NCBI GenBank assembly: GCA_951406725.2
Contig: OX597827.1
Span: forward strand, 70,246,001 to 70,310,000
DNA from: Octopus vulgaris
Lineage: Eukaryota
DNA: 64,000 bases
Reading direction: 5' to 3'
Shown: positions 50,957 through 63,435 of the stretch, piece by piece
Numbering within the stretch: the stretch's first letter is position 1
How the letters are laid out: the number at the start of each line of letters is the position of its first letter
Program-made: the position numbers and the translations under genes
The notes under the pieces: model-generated
What the model was told of the DNA's origin: nothing
The model's database searches: none
What the model saw: only the letters and a program-made list of their open reading frames with translations

Positions 50957-51612
50957 AGTGTGGTTCTTGACCGTTTTTACATCAGTGGATATCCATGGCT
51001 ATTCAATGTTTAAAAAAAAATCCTATTATATCCTTATAACTACATATATTACTAGGAATTGTATTTAAAAAAATGTTGCCAGAGCAACAAACTGGCCTCT
51101 GTGCCAGTGGCACATAAAAGGCATCATTCGAGCATGATCGTCACCTGCGTCACCTTACTGGCACTTATACTGGTGGCACGTGAAAAAAAATTCGAGCGAG
51201 GCAGTTGCCAGTGCCGCTGGACTGGCTCCTGTGCAGGTGGCACATAAAAAGCATCATTTGAGTGTGGCCGTTGCCAGTACCACCTGATTGGCCCTCGTGC
51301 CAGTAGTACATAAAAGCACCCGCTACACTCTCAGAGTGGTTGGCATTAGGAAGGGCATCCAGCTGTAGAATGCCAGATCAGATGGGAGCCTGGTGCAGCC
51401 ATCTGGCTCACCAGTCCTCAGTCAAATTGTCAAACCCATGCTAGCATGGAAAGCAGATGTTAAACGATGATGATGCTAATGATGATGATGATGATGATGT
51501 TACATTATCTTGTGTATTGATGAAGTATTACTGATTTATTGCGCATAAATTTTAACAGTAAAATCATAAATCGACCCCTAAGGTTCATGTGAACCTCAGT
51601 TGAGAACCACTG
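50957..51612. mobile_element. hAT MITE (family of 55715-56691) with a nested RTE tail (51077-51500, plus)
   Basis: Right TIR gttgagaaccactg; internal sequence homologous to 55780-55860; left end degenerate. Confidence 0.65.
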
Positions 51613-52321
51613 AATAAACATTACACATAGAATGATGAGAAAAGAATCATTAGCTTAATGGTCAAAAATCAGCAGAGACAACTCTGAAATTTTAATTGCT
51701 ATAAATTGATATAACGGAGCCAATGCAGGCAGGAGTGACTCTGATTTGTCAATATGGTGATTTTAATTACTTTTGTTCATTGACCACCTCTAAGTTTTGG
51801 CTTCCAGTTTATGCACTGAGGATCCTGCTGCATCTTTTTGTGTACCATTTGTTTATCATTAAGTATGCAGTATTGAATCCTTAGCTGCTCCTTACAACAG
51901 TCACTTTCTATAGGGCACAGGGATTTAGTGTTCTTTGTTATAAGCATTTTGGTCTGAACTATTTTGACCATTCTGCTAAGTTTGAGAAATACACACACAA
52001 GAAAAACAAAATGTGATTTATTGATAAACTAAGAATAAATAAAACTCAAGATGAAATACTAAATGAAATAGAAAGTGAAACATGTCTTGAGTTATGCCTA
52101 AAAAGCACTGAAGAATGGATTTATGATATCTTTACCTTATATTTTAATTCTACCATCTAATTTTAATTCTCACTCGGTATTACTTTTGATAGTATTGATC
52201 ACTTCAAACATCCATAGCATTAGAGTCAATCAGTGGATACACCTGAAAGAGAAAAGCTAAACAAAACATATAGACTCTTCTTTACCTCATATACCACCTT
52301 GTACTTGACACAATGATGGAT

Positions 52322-52560
52322 TATCATCATCATCATCCTTACAATCATCGTTTAATGTCCGTTTTCCGTTCTAGCATGGGTTGGACAGTTCGACCAGGGT
52401 CTGGGAAGCCAGGAGGCTGCACCAGGCTCCAATCTGATCTGGCAAAGTTTCTACAGCTGGATGCCCTTCCTAACACCAACCACTCCGTGAGTGTAGTGGG
52501 TGCTTTTTATGTACCACCAGTACAGATGCCAGGGGAGGCTGGCAGCGGCCACGATCAGTG
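52322..52560 (-). mobile_element. RTE 3' UTR fragment
   Basis: Collinear with 30970-31205. Confidence 0.85.
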
Positions 52561-54636
52561 CCCCACATAGTTTGTTAATTAGAGAATTTCTATCATAATG
52601 TGCGTAGTCACTGCCTGTTTCTCACAGGAATCCTGTGATCATTGGGGGTTAACACTTCTTATCTGTCCTTTAACCCTTTAGCATTCAGATTATTCTGTCA
52701 AATCTAATGCTTTTTCATTAATCATGCATTAATTTGTTGCTTTGAAATTTTAATGATGTGATAGTATATTCCTAGAATGGCATTGAAGGGTAGGTGCAAT
52801 AGGCTGGATCTAGCTGGTTAGAACATAAAACAGGTAGCATATTTAGGCTGATCCAGGCTGGGTTAAGTGCAAAGTCTGTTTGGGATTCTCGTATGTAGTC
52901 TCATTGCCTGAAGAAGCCAGGGATCCACCAGAATCAGTTATGTCAGTCTAAGTACTGGACTGGTACTTTATTTTATTAAACCTCTATGATCTCCTTAACA
53001 TTTGCACTTAACATATTTTCTATCATACAAGTCAACATAGTGCAAACGTGTAATGTAACCATTCAAACATTATCACTATCTCTCCAAATCCTGTTGCCTT
53101 TCATATGGAATTTTTGCTCCTCAAAAGTCATCCTGGTATATAAGTTGACCTAATTTTGGGGGTTGTAAATTTTGGTCTGAAAAATTTGACTTGTATGCTG
53201 GTAACACGGTAACACATAAAAGTACCAAGTATTTTATTCAATGCTTTAATCCTTCGACACATCACCACCTATAAATGCAACCTAGGCAGGGGGTGATCAG
53301 TGGTGGCTTGTAGATAAAATTAGTGGGGGTGCTGCTTCAGAAAATTTTTAGCCGTTCTTTTAATATTGTGTAATAGGAAACAAACATATAACAAGAATAT
53401 TTATACATAAACTTGATTGGTTTGTGTTTTAGCTACTGCCAGGTAGTGTGTTTAAATTGGTCACTGAACACCGCCACAAATTCCCCCTTGTTTTTCCAAA
53501 ATCCCCCCAAATCACAAAATAAGTGGGGAAAATGTGCCCTATTTTTCAAATCCTTGAAGCAACACTGAAGCTGGAAGCAGGATAATAATCTAATTCTACA
53601 CTTTATCACATTCAAGAATATAAATAGGTTTTTAAGCACAACACACACGGAGTTAAAAAGAAACACTGCCTTTCACTGGCATTGCATGAAGCTTCCTGTC
53701 TCAGACATGTGAGCATGCACACAACAGCCAAACACGGCATCACTGGAACTGTGAAGCACACAGTTCTATACAAGAATTGGTGGTGATGTGCTGAATGATG
53801 TATTCAAAACAATTTTCAGTAAACCCGAATTTGCCTCCAATTAATGGGGAAGAGGAAAACGAAAACCCTCAACGGCAAACAAGGGAGATAATTTTAAGGA
53901 ATTATGAAAATATTTTTGGGGGTAAATTCTCTCCCCTATTCTTTAAAAGTTGCTAATTCTTTTTCACTTGTTTCAGTCAATTGACTGTAGCTATGCTGTG
54001 CCACCAACTTGAAGGGTTTTAGTGAAAACAAATCAACGCCAGGACTGTTTTTTAAAGCCTGGTACTTATTTTATTGGTCCCTAAAACACAACTCACAGCC
54101 TGGTCCGTGTATCGAACTCACTACCTCATGATTGTAAGCCCAATGCTCTAACAACTGAGCCATGTGCCATCATTGACACTGAATGACTAATCAAACAATT
54201 AATTAGTTAATTGGTTAACCAAGTGACTAATAATAATAAAGGTAGTAAAAGAGAATCAGTGTGTGTGTGTGTTTATTGGCATAATGAACCTCCCTAGATA
54301 CAACATAATTTATTTTACTGTATGTTGTGAAATATATAGCTTATCAGTTATTTATCGTTTCATTAGTTGAGAGAAAAATTAGACAATTAGGCAAATTTCA
54401 AAGAATGAAAGAATTGTCAAAGCACACTATTGAATTATGAAGAGAAAGATTTAAATCGATTTTGGTCTTATGCTTGTTTGGCAAGTGACTCCAAAAATTT
54501 TGTATAGAAATTGAAACAATTAAACTGTGGTCAAACTATGAGAGCCATTTAAAAAGACACATCACAATTCTTTTTTATATTATTTTGCGAAACACTACAG
54601 GGGCCTATCTCTCTTGGAACTGGCTTCCTTAATACC

Positions 54637-54866
54637 TATTTCTTTACTACCCACAAGGGGCTAAACACAGAGGGGACAAACAAGGACAGAAAATGGATTA
54701 AGTCGATTACATTGACCCACTGTGTAACTGGTACTTATTTAATCGACCCCGAAAAGATGAAAGGCAAAGTCGACCTCAGCAGAATTTGAACTCAGAACGT
54801 AACTGCAGACGAAATACCGCTCAGCATTTCGCCCGGCGTGCTAACGTTTCTGCCAGCTTGCCACCT
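54637..54866 (-). mobile_element. Third SINE family, young full copy
   Basis: Perfect 16-bp TSD tggcttccttaatacc (54621-54636 / 54867-54882). Confidence 0.92.
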
Positions 54867-55714
54867 TGGCTTCCTTAATACCACTTCCACTCAGGCACAC
54901 CCTGACTCGTTCTTACTATAATCAATCTTTTCATATTAAATTAAATTAAAAGTAAAATATAATATGCAAAAACCAACTTAGCTTTCACCAGTTTGAACTC
55001 AGATTATGTCAAATTTAAAAAATCAAACAGATTTACCTGATGGTAAATCTGTTCGATTTTAAGCTTACGGTTATGTTAATCCAACATCAAGGTCATAGTC
55101 TCCTTTTTTTTTTAAATATGAATTCTCAAAAAAATGATGCTATGGTAACTTAACTTATATTTTGTACACCCCACAAACTCTGCACTAGCCACTAGGTCTT
55201 GTCCTTCCTCCTCAAAACAATGTCCCTTTGGAATCCCTTTCTCGCAGTCATTGACTTGAAACATTTCAAGAAAAATCTTAACCCTGTTAGTCTCACTGGT
55301 TTTGGAGGGTCTATGAAGTCCATGAGTACAGACCCTTTCTCAAGACTTCTTCATTTAATGGCCTTGTTCTAAACTGGCATGGGTTGGACGGTATGACAGA
55401 ATCAGATAGCTCCAAGGACTGCATTGTTGCCCAATGTTTACTTTGGTATGGTTTCTATGACTAGATGCCCTTCCTAATATAAACCATTTTACAGCTTTCA
55501 TGCCACCAGCACTAATAAGGGTGCCATGCAGCTTCACAAGACTCCAAAACCAGAGCGAAGACAGGTGCTTTATGCTAGGAGACAAGGATTAAGGTATAAA
55601 AGAAAAAGAAGGATGACCCATAAAAAACATTCAACAAAATAAAGCGTCGATATATCTATCCTGTGTATCTATGTCATAGTCATTGATTATTTCGCAATAT
55701 TGTTCAATGTAGAT

Positions 55715-56691
55715 CAGTGGTTTTCAACCATTTTTTTTTCTCTAGGGACCCCTTCGATTCCTATTTTATTTAACTGGACCCACATAGCCATTTAAAGTTT
55801 TGGAAAAATCCCATTATATTTTTATAATCAAATATTATTAGGAATTATATTAAAAAATCTTTTTAATAGTTTAATGTTTTTTACAGCAGCCATGCTGGAG
55901 CACCGCTTAAAGGGTTTTAGTCAAACAATGAACCTCAGAACTTTTTTTAAGCCTAGTAGTTATTCTATCAGTTTCTTTTGCTGAACTGCTAAGTTGCAGG
56001 GACATAAACACCCCAACACTGGCTGTCAAATGGTGATGGAGGGACAAACACAGACACAAAGACACATACACATAGATATATGCATATATGTATGTATATA
56101 TACTCGAGTAAGCAAATAAATGTGAAACAAGGTGGGGTAAAAAATAGTACTCAAATACCAGAGGTAGAGTAATATGCTTTATTATTAAAAATGCAAAAAC
56201 ATCGCAAAAATATTACAAAAAACTGCTGCTCAGAGTTTCACATTCTTGTTCATCTGCAATAAATCTATTCTGGACCACAACTACCCGATGAACGGGTTTT
56301 TTTGTAATATTTTTGTGATGTTTTTGCAGCTTTCATAATAAAGTGTGTATATACATGACAGTCTTCTTTCAGTTTCCATCTATCAAATCCATTCACAAAG
56401 CTTTGGTCGGCTTGAGGCTATAGCAGAAGTCACTTGCCCAAAGTGCTATGCAGTGGGACTGAACCTGGAACCATGCGTTTGGGAAGTAAGCTTCTTACCA
56501 CGCAGCCATGACTGCACCTTTTAATATTTTAGTTGCCAGCAGATGGCTATGGGACTTGAACCCATACCCTTCACATACCAGCCGAGTATTCTGCCATGTA
56601 GAAATATAACTGATTTATTGCAGATAATTTTTAACAACTAAATCCTATAAGGACCTCCAAAAATCATGTGAAACCCAGCTGAAAACCACTA
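55715..56691. mobile_element. hAT MITE containing a type A SINE (about 55885-56520, minus), which contains a foldback insert (about 56100-56345)
   Basis: cagtggttttca ... tgaaaaccacta; perfect 8-bp TSD atgtagat (55707-55714 / 56692-56699). Confidence 0.88.
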
Positions 56692-57609
56692 ATGTAGATA
56701 GACTTAGGCCAACAACCTAATGCAAATTAATGCATGTTCGATCTTTAACAAATCATTATATCCCCAATCAAGGGTAATCTGGTAATTAGAATAAGTTAAC
56801 AAGGGAATTTCTGTATGGTTGTTTGAGCTGCTAGAATCAGCAGTCAAAACTCCCTCAAATACTATCCCACCACCATAAAAGGACCCATTAGATAATATAA
56901 TCCTATCTCCTAAAAAGTTGGGATGGTCATGACAGGAAAGCCTTTGATCATAAGTCTGTTCAGTCAGGACCGTCCTGGGACTAAACATCTCACAATGAAT
57001 TGAGGAAATCTACACCTGATTGCTTGACCAGCTAGAAACGACGGCTGGATTTCCCTCAAATCGCGTTCCAACAACCACTAAGAACAATAGACTTCCATTC
57101 TTATCACAGCTATCAACAATGCCAGAAAGTTTCTGAATACTTTTAGAATTGTTATTTTCAGAAAAATACACTTTGTATAATTACTAATATGGCTTTCATT
57201 TGAAAAAAGAATCTCTGCTGGCTGAAAGATTAGTGGCTTGTGGCCCATTATAATCATTATATTGTATTCTGGCAAAGATACTCAACTCTGTATGAGTCAG
57301 TTTACTTGGCAAATAGAGACAACTTTCACAGTTTACCATTACAAAACAGAACTGTCTCCTGATGGTACCTGTTTGTTGTTTTATTACCTTACTGTCTTGA
57401 GCTTAAATCTTCCCACAGGGTTAGAGAAAACAATAGGGAACCATTCTTTGTCTCTTGAAGGAATGGATTCAATGTTCCTAGTAGTGTACTAACAGATCTA
57501 TGTATTAGGAGATATTGTACAGAATAAAGCACTAAGCAGTGATGTGCATAAATTTAAACTTGTTACAAGTTCAAATAAATTTGAGGCATATTCAAATGTG
57601 TAACAAAGC

Positions 57610-57750
57610 CATTCATTATTTTGCCACGGAGAGAATTTCTCACTGTAGACAGATAGGAAGGACTAAACGCACCACACAAACTGACTTGGTGTATCAACAC
57701 CAATCTGTCTACGGTGAGAACTTTTCTCTATGACAAAATACAATGAAAGG
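57610..57750. repeat. Imperfect inverted repeat, about 45-bp arms
   Basis: tattttgccacggagagaatttctcactgtagacagatagg pairs with ccaatctgtctacggtgagaacttttctctatgacaaaata. Confidence 0.8.
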
Positions 57751-58073
57751 CCTTACGGGTTCAAGTATGCCTCAAGTATATTTGAACCAGTAATAAGTCT
57801 GTATTTAAGGGAGATTATATGAAAATATACCCCATACCTGATGAAATAATAGGCACACAAACGTATTAGATGCACTCAAATTTCAGCAGGACATATTCCA
57901 GAACAATAGTTTTTAAAGCATTAAAACTTATGAGAGGTCCTACTTCACATATAGGACCTAAAGTGATTTAAAAAATAAAATTTTTGTCAGAAAAGTATGT
58001 CTTATATGTAATGAAATATGGTGCTGGAAAATAATATTCTTTTATCTCTATTTATGGCTTCAAGAAGTGGACA

Positions 58074-59408
58074 ATGTCAAGAAAGACAATTCTGAAATCT
58101 TTGAAAAAGAGAATACTGATATGTGACTTGGGCCAACGTACATTTAATTTATCAACTCAAAACACAAGCAGTTCTGAAAATGAAGTGTCTTCTGGAGCAG
58201 CAGTAAGAAATGCGGGATCTCGGGTTTACAGCATCAATCTGCGACATAATGTATCACCAGTGACGAAGAAGAGGAAATCTAATAAGAATGTCACTGTGTC
58301 ACCCAAGGCTCCCAAATATAAAATTCCAAGGAGAACCCAAAACCAAATAAAAAGAAATAATAATAGAAAGCAGCTAAGCTCTTCAAATGAGCTTCTCAAC
58401 AATCACTCGGACCACACAGCCAAGAGTAAAAAGATCAGTGAAATATCTGTGCAGAATAAAAACAAAGAAACTATATTCTCTAGGAAAAACATAGCTTTTA
58501 GTCCTGAAGGAGACAATTTCCAAAGACAAAATGGGCAAATACCACTGAATGGCTTTACAAAGGAGCAAAAACTTATTCAGTCAGAAACAGGAAAGATTTT
58601 TGCTTCAGCTTTGGAAGATGATCAAAGTTTGTGTGAGACAAACAGCTGTATGAGCCAAGCATATGATAATCTGGATGTGATAGTTTCACAGCGGCCATCA
58701 AATAATGACAATTCAGACAAAAATAGAAACTGTAAGTCTAGAGACAATCAGTTGTTGAACCAGCCAGGTAATAGAAATGGCTGCATGATAAGTGGCAAGC
58801 CGATTGATTTAGGTAAGCCGACAAAAGAAATGGATTGTGATAATGGTAAAAGTGGAACTGTGAGTGGCAAGACATTTAATAAGCTAAAGCTGAAAAGAAA
58901 TCAATCAACCAAACCAAAACAAGACATTGAAAATACAACCAGAAAATTTGTTGATCCAAGACGATCACAAAATAATAATGGTAATTCTCTCAGCAATAAA
59001 CCCAATTTCCAACACAGCAAAAATAAGTCAGATTCTAACATAAATAAACAAAAACGCAACAAAGCTTGGACATTTCCAATTAGATGTGAAACTCATCCAT
59101 CCTTGGGTGACAAAATGCATGACCAACCTCAAGCAGAAGCAACAGCTAAACACCATCCTTGTTTTGCTTTGAAGCAGAACAATACAAAAGTTGGCAGATC
59201 TGTAAAAAAATGTGATTCTGTGTCTGAATCAAAAGATACCACAAATAGTAAGGAACCAGAAGATGCATCAGAACTTGATTATCCATCATCTACATTCCAA
59301 GAGCAGGATATACCAATAAATATCTTTGAGTACAACTCATCTCCAGTGAAAAAAAAGATTCCGAGCAGAGTAAGAAGGATGAAGGATAATACAAAGAAAA
59401 CAAAAGAG
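58074..59408 (+). CDS. Large coding exon of an uncharacterised Lys/Asn/Ser-rich, probably disordered protein
   Basis: 1.37-kb non-repetitive ORF in AT-rich DNA; acaATG context with an in-frame stop at 58032; NLS-like PVTKKRKS; donor gag|gtaaac at 59408/59409, phase 0. Confidence 0.85.
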
Positions 59409-59869
59409 GTAAACATAGATAATTTTTTACTTCTTGTTTAAGTATGAAGTCCTTTTTGGGGAATAGGGAAAAGGTGTACTATTGGGGTTATTTCATTCAT
59501 ACCAAAAGAGATAAAAGGTATAGCCGATTCCAGTAAGATTTGAACTTAGGCCTATAATTCATTGTAAGACATCTGGTTCTTTGGCATCTGCATAAATTAA
59601 TTAAATACTTATTTCTTTCACCCAAGCAATTTAACCATGTAAGTATGGTAATTATAAACAAGTGATTCATTAGAAGTATACCACAGAATCAATGTAATCA
59701 ATAGGTGATTGATAGCTATACAAACCTTAATATGTATGAAAATTCCATTTTAAAATGTTTTTTTCTCAGCTTGGATGAAATAGTCAAGTATTAACATCAT
59801 AAGTATATATATATTTATATATATATATATATATACACACATATATGATGGACTCTCACATTGTTAGAC

Positions 59870-60125
59870 GACGTACAAGGGTTTGATAATTTCTTACCAA
59901 ACAACTACACAGATGATTTGTTCATAATGATCAAATGTTTGTGTGCACATAAGCTCACTCCCTCCATCAGATTGGCATTATCTGTACAGGTACAGCTGGG
60001 TGTTACATGTCAAATGTTGAAATGATATGCTTTGCTCAAGAACATAACACGATACCCGGTCTGGGAATTGAACCCACGATCTCAGTCATGAGTGCATCAC
60101 CTTAACCACTAAGCCATGCGCCTAT
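59870..60125 (-). mobile_element. Intronic tRNA-derived SINE (second-family head)
   Basis: Minus strand gcgcatggcttagtggttaagg...gggttcaattccc. Confidence 0.65.
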
Positions 60126-60129
60126 ATAT

Positions 60130-60790
60130 ATGTGTGTGTGTGTGTGTTTTTGTGTTTGTCCTCCACCACCACCACTTGACAACTGATGCTGGTGTGTTTA
60201 CATCCCATAACTTAGCAATTTGGCAAAAAGAACTGATAAAATAAGTACTAAGCTTAACACAAAGTAAGTACTGGGGTTGATTCATTTGGCTAAAAATTCT
60301 TCAAAGTAGTGCCCCAGCATGGCCACAGTCTAATGACTGAAACAAATAAAAGATAAAAGATTAACAGAAAGTTTAAAGTTACCAAAAATAAAAATCATTA
60401 AAAAATGCCCAGCTGTGTGGTAAATAGATTGCTTACCAACCACATGGTTCTGGGTTCAAGTCCCACTGCATGGCACCTTGGGCAAGTGTCTTCTACTATA
60501 GCCTCAGGCCGACCAAAGCCTTGTGAGTGGATTTGGTAGACAGAAACTGAAAGAAGCCCATCGTATATGTGTATACATGTGTGTATATGCTAGTGTGTCT
60601 GTGTTTGTCCCCCCCAACATCACTTGACAACCGATGCTGGTGTGTTTACGTCCCCGTAACTTAGCAGTTCGGCAAAAAGACACCGACAGAATAAGTACTA
60701 GGCTTACAAAGAATAAGTCGTGGGGTCGATTTGCTCGACTAAAGGCGGTGCTCCAGCATGGCCACAGTCAAAATGACTGAAACAAGTTAA
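60130..60790 (+). mobile_element. Intronic type A SINEs (tail 60130-60360; near full copy 60410-60790)
   Basis: Collinear with 2093-2505. Confidence 0.88.
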
Positions 60791-61023
60791 AGTGTATATA
60801 TTCATATTAATCAAAATAAAAAACATTATCAAGTAGTATGTAATATATAAAACATTACATAGCTTTATTGTACATCTGGTTAATAACACAATACATGGTT
60901 TGCACGAATTCCACATTAAAAAAAAAAACACAGGAGCTATACTGCTACAGGTATGTATATCTATCTATATACATTTATGTCTATAGTCATACATGCATGT
61001 ACATCAAAGTTTTTCCTTTCCAG

Positions 61024-61108
61024 CAGAAAAAAGCTACGGAATTGGTTCTTTCACTCATAGAAAAGATTAAGACAGAAATGCAAATGCTGAAAGAGAAAAG
61101 ACAAAAAG
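61024..61108 (+). CDS. Next coding exon of the same gene (QKKATELVLSLIEKIKTEMQMLKEKRQK, amphipathic helix or coiled coil)
   Basis: Acceptor ttttcctttccag|cag (NAGNAG), donor aag|gtgagt; in frame with the preceding exon. Confidence 0.75.
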
Positions 61109-61566
61109 GTGAGTCATTGAAGCAAAGTTTATTCCGATATTTTTTTTCTGCACCCTTCCAAAATTTTGACCAGATCCTTACTCCATGTATATAGGTCAAA
61201 CCATTGATAAATAGAAATGTTAGGATTGTAACAACTTTTAAAAAATTTTTTTTATGATACTCCTCTCTTTTTTTTTTTAATTCCTTTTCCGTATGTAATT
61301 TCCTTTTAATATTATGAGTTGGATAATTTTACAAAGTCCAAAAAATTGCCATATATTTGATGTTTACAGAAAGATGGATTGTTTGGGTTTTTTTTTTTTA
61401 TATTTTCAAGACATGAAGAGTAGTGTACCTTGCCTAAAGGGACATAACACACGACATAATTCAAGAAAATATTACTAAAATATCAAAACAATTCTTCGTT
61501 CTAGATTATCGTTTAACAATTTTTACAAATGATAGCTTTTAATCGGTGCCTTCCTGTTTATTTCAG

Positions 61567-61574
61567 GTTTGTGA
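61567..61574 (+). CDS. Predicted terminal coding exon (G-L-stop) followed by 3' UTR
   Basis: Acceptor cttcctgtttatttcag|g; phase 1 gives g|gt ttg tga; AATAAA hexamers downstream. Confidence 0.5.
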
Positions 61575-61835
61575 GCATTGTCCCAAATAAATCTAATATA
61601 TACATTAATGAATACACAAACCGGAGATTGCCTTTTTTTGGGTTTTGTTTTGAAATATTTTATAGTTTTGCATATTTTTTTCCCCATATGTTGGTTGTTA
61701 CCAATAGAACTTATGTACCAAAAATAAATAAAATAACAATTAATATTAGATAAAACTAGTACTCTTTGAATGACAGAGACAATCTGTTCCATTCTCACTT
61801 ACATTAACAAAATATTCGACTGTGATGATTGAAAT

Positions 61836-61868
<33 letters not shown>

Positions 61869-63435
61869 GATGGGAAATCTGTCAAAATTGCTTCCATGCC
61901 GTATTTTCATTTCAGTCAATACCTTGGCGAGTCGGAGGTGAAAGTATCATAAGCTGCATAGAATATTTAAACAAGACATACCAAAGTTAATAGTATAAAT
62001 CGTATATTCACAGAGCTGGAACTCAAGAGAGAGAGTATCAAATTGAATATATTTAACAAAAAAAAAAAAAATTTTTTTTTAATGCTTATATCCATTTTCT
62101 CATTTCCCATTGGATGTTTGCCAAAGTAGCTACCTCCATATACGAATTATAACCAGCTGGGATAGCTTTTCTATCACTAACCATCCCAGTTTAATGCAGG
62201 ACTGGAGCACAATTTTTTGTTTGTTTTGTCTTTCTTTTTTAATGTAGGCAGTCAACCAGCATTGATCAGAGTAATGTTTCTAGAATAAAGATACCGTATG
62301 ATGGATGTAACAAGGATTGAACTCACTGTGGTGCCTTAACTTAGGTCCCTATAAACAGTTTCAGATGGCATAAATTGCTCTATCCAGTTTTGGAGAGTGA
62401 TGTCACTAGAGTCATTTGTATTTAAAATATAAAAGATATGGCTTCCTTATTGTTGTTATTTAAGACGTTATTCAAATGGTTTGTCAATAGAAATTATTTT
62501 TAAAAAAAAGGAATAATTCAGGGGTATTATATTACAGTAGTAAGGGATTGTAAATGATGTTTAGCTCCTGGATCAGACTGGATGAAGCTGACCTATAATC
62601 AAAAACCATTTCAGGTGTTACTATCCCATCTTTTTAGACGTACATAAGACAGTATTATCTAATGTGTGCTTTCCTTACTTAAAATGATAGGGTGTAATTT
62701 GAGGGAGATTTGGTTGCTATTTCTAGTAGATCAAGCAACCATATAAATGCTCTCTTGGAAGGGAGGGTTACAGTGTATGGTAACTAGAGAGAATTCTAAT
62801 ACTGTATGGTCATGAGGTAGTGTTGTAACAGAGTTGCAGCAGGATTGTAACACTGCACATTAGTAAGATGTAATACTATTTGTATTGCAGTAAGATTTAC
62901 ACTAGTACTTCATTTTAAATTATTCACCCGTTCTCATAAGAAAATTTCATCATAATTCTGAGGAAAAAAAAAAAGTATTTCTGACATACAAAATACAAAA
63001 AAAAAAAGAAAAAAAAAAGTGAAGTATTTCTCAAAATACTCATATTTAATCTTTTTTGCAAATTTGGCCAGATCAGTTTTCATGCTACACTGAGAAAATG
63101 AGTTCTTTACAATCATTTCCAAATAGATATATATATCTATATATCTTTTTATATATGCAGAGAGAGAGAAGTGACAAAGTGTTATATAACATTGTTGCAC
63201 AACACAAGAAGTTAGGTTGGATGCCAATGGATATTCTTAGTAACAGAGATGTAACAGAAGTACCTTGGTATAGATCTGTGACCATTACAAACTCTGTTTA
63301 ATTCTCTATTGCACAGTATACCAACTGTGGTGGGATGGAGGGGTTAGGCAGAGCACTTCACTGTGTAATTTGATGAGCTGGATTCAGGTAGTATTTTACA
63401 AAAAAAAAAAAAAAAAAAAAAAGTCACCATGATGT

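Noticed and set aside
59409-59441. Last 10 codons of the 455-aa ORF
   Set aside because: More likely intron read-through after the gag|gtaaac donor
61833-61868. AATAAA followed by an A-run, suggesting a processed pseudogene
   Set aside because: The upstream gene model has introns, the A-run starts only 2 nt after the signal, and no TSD was seen
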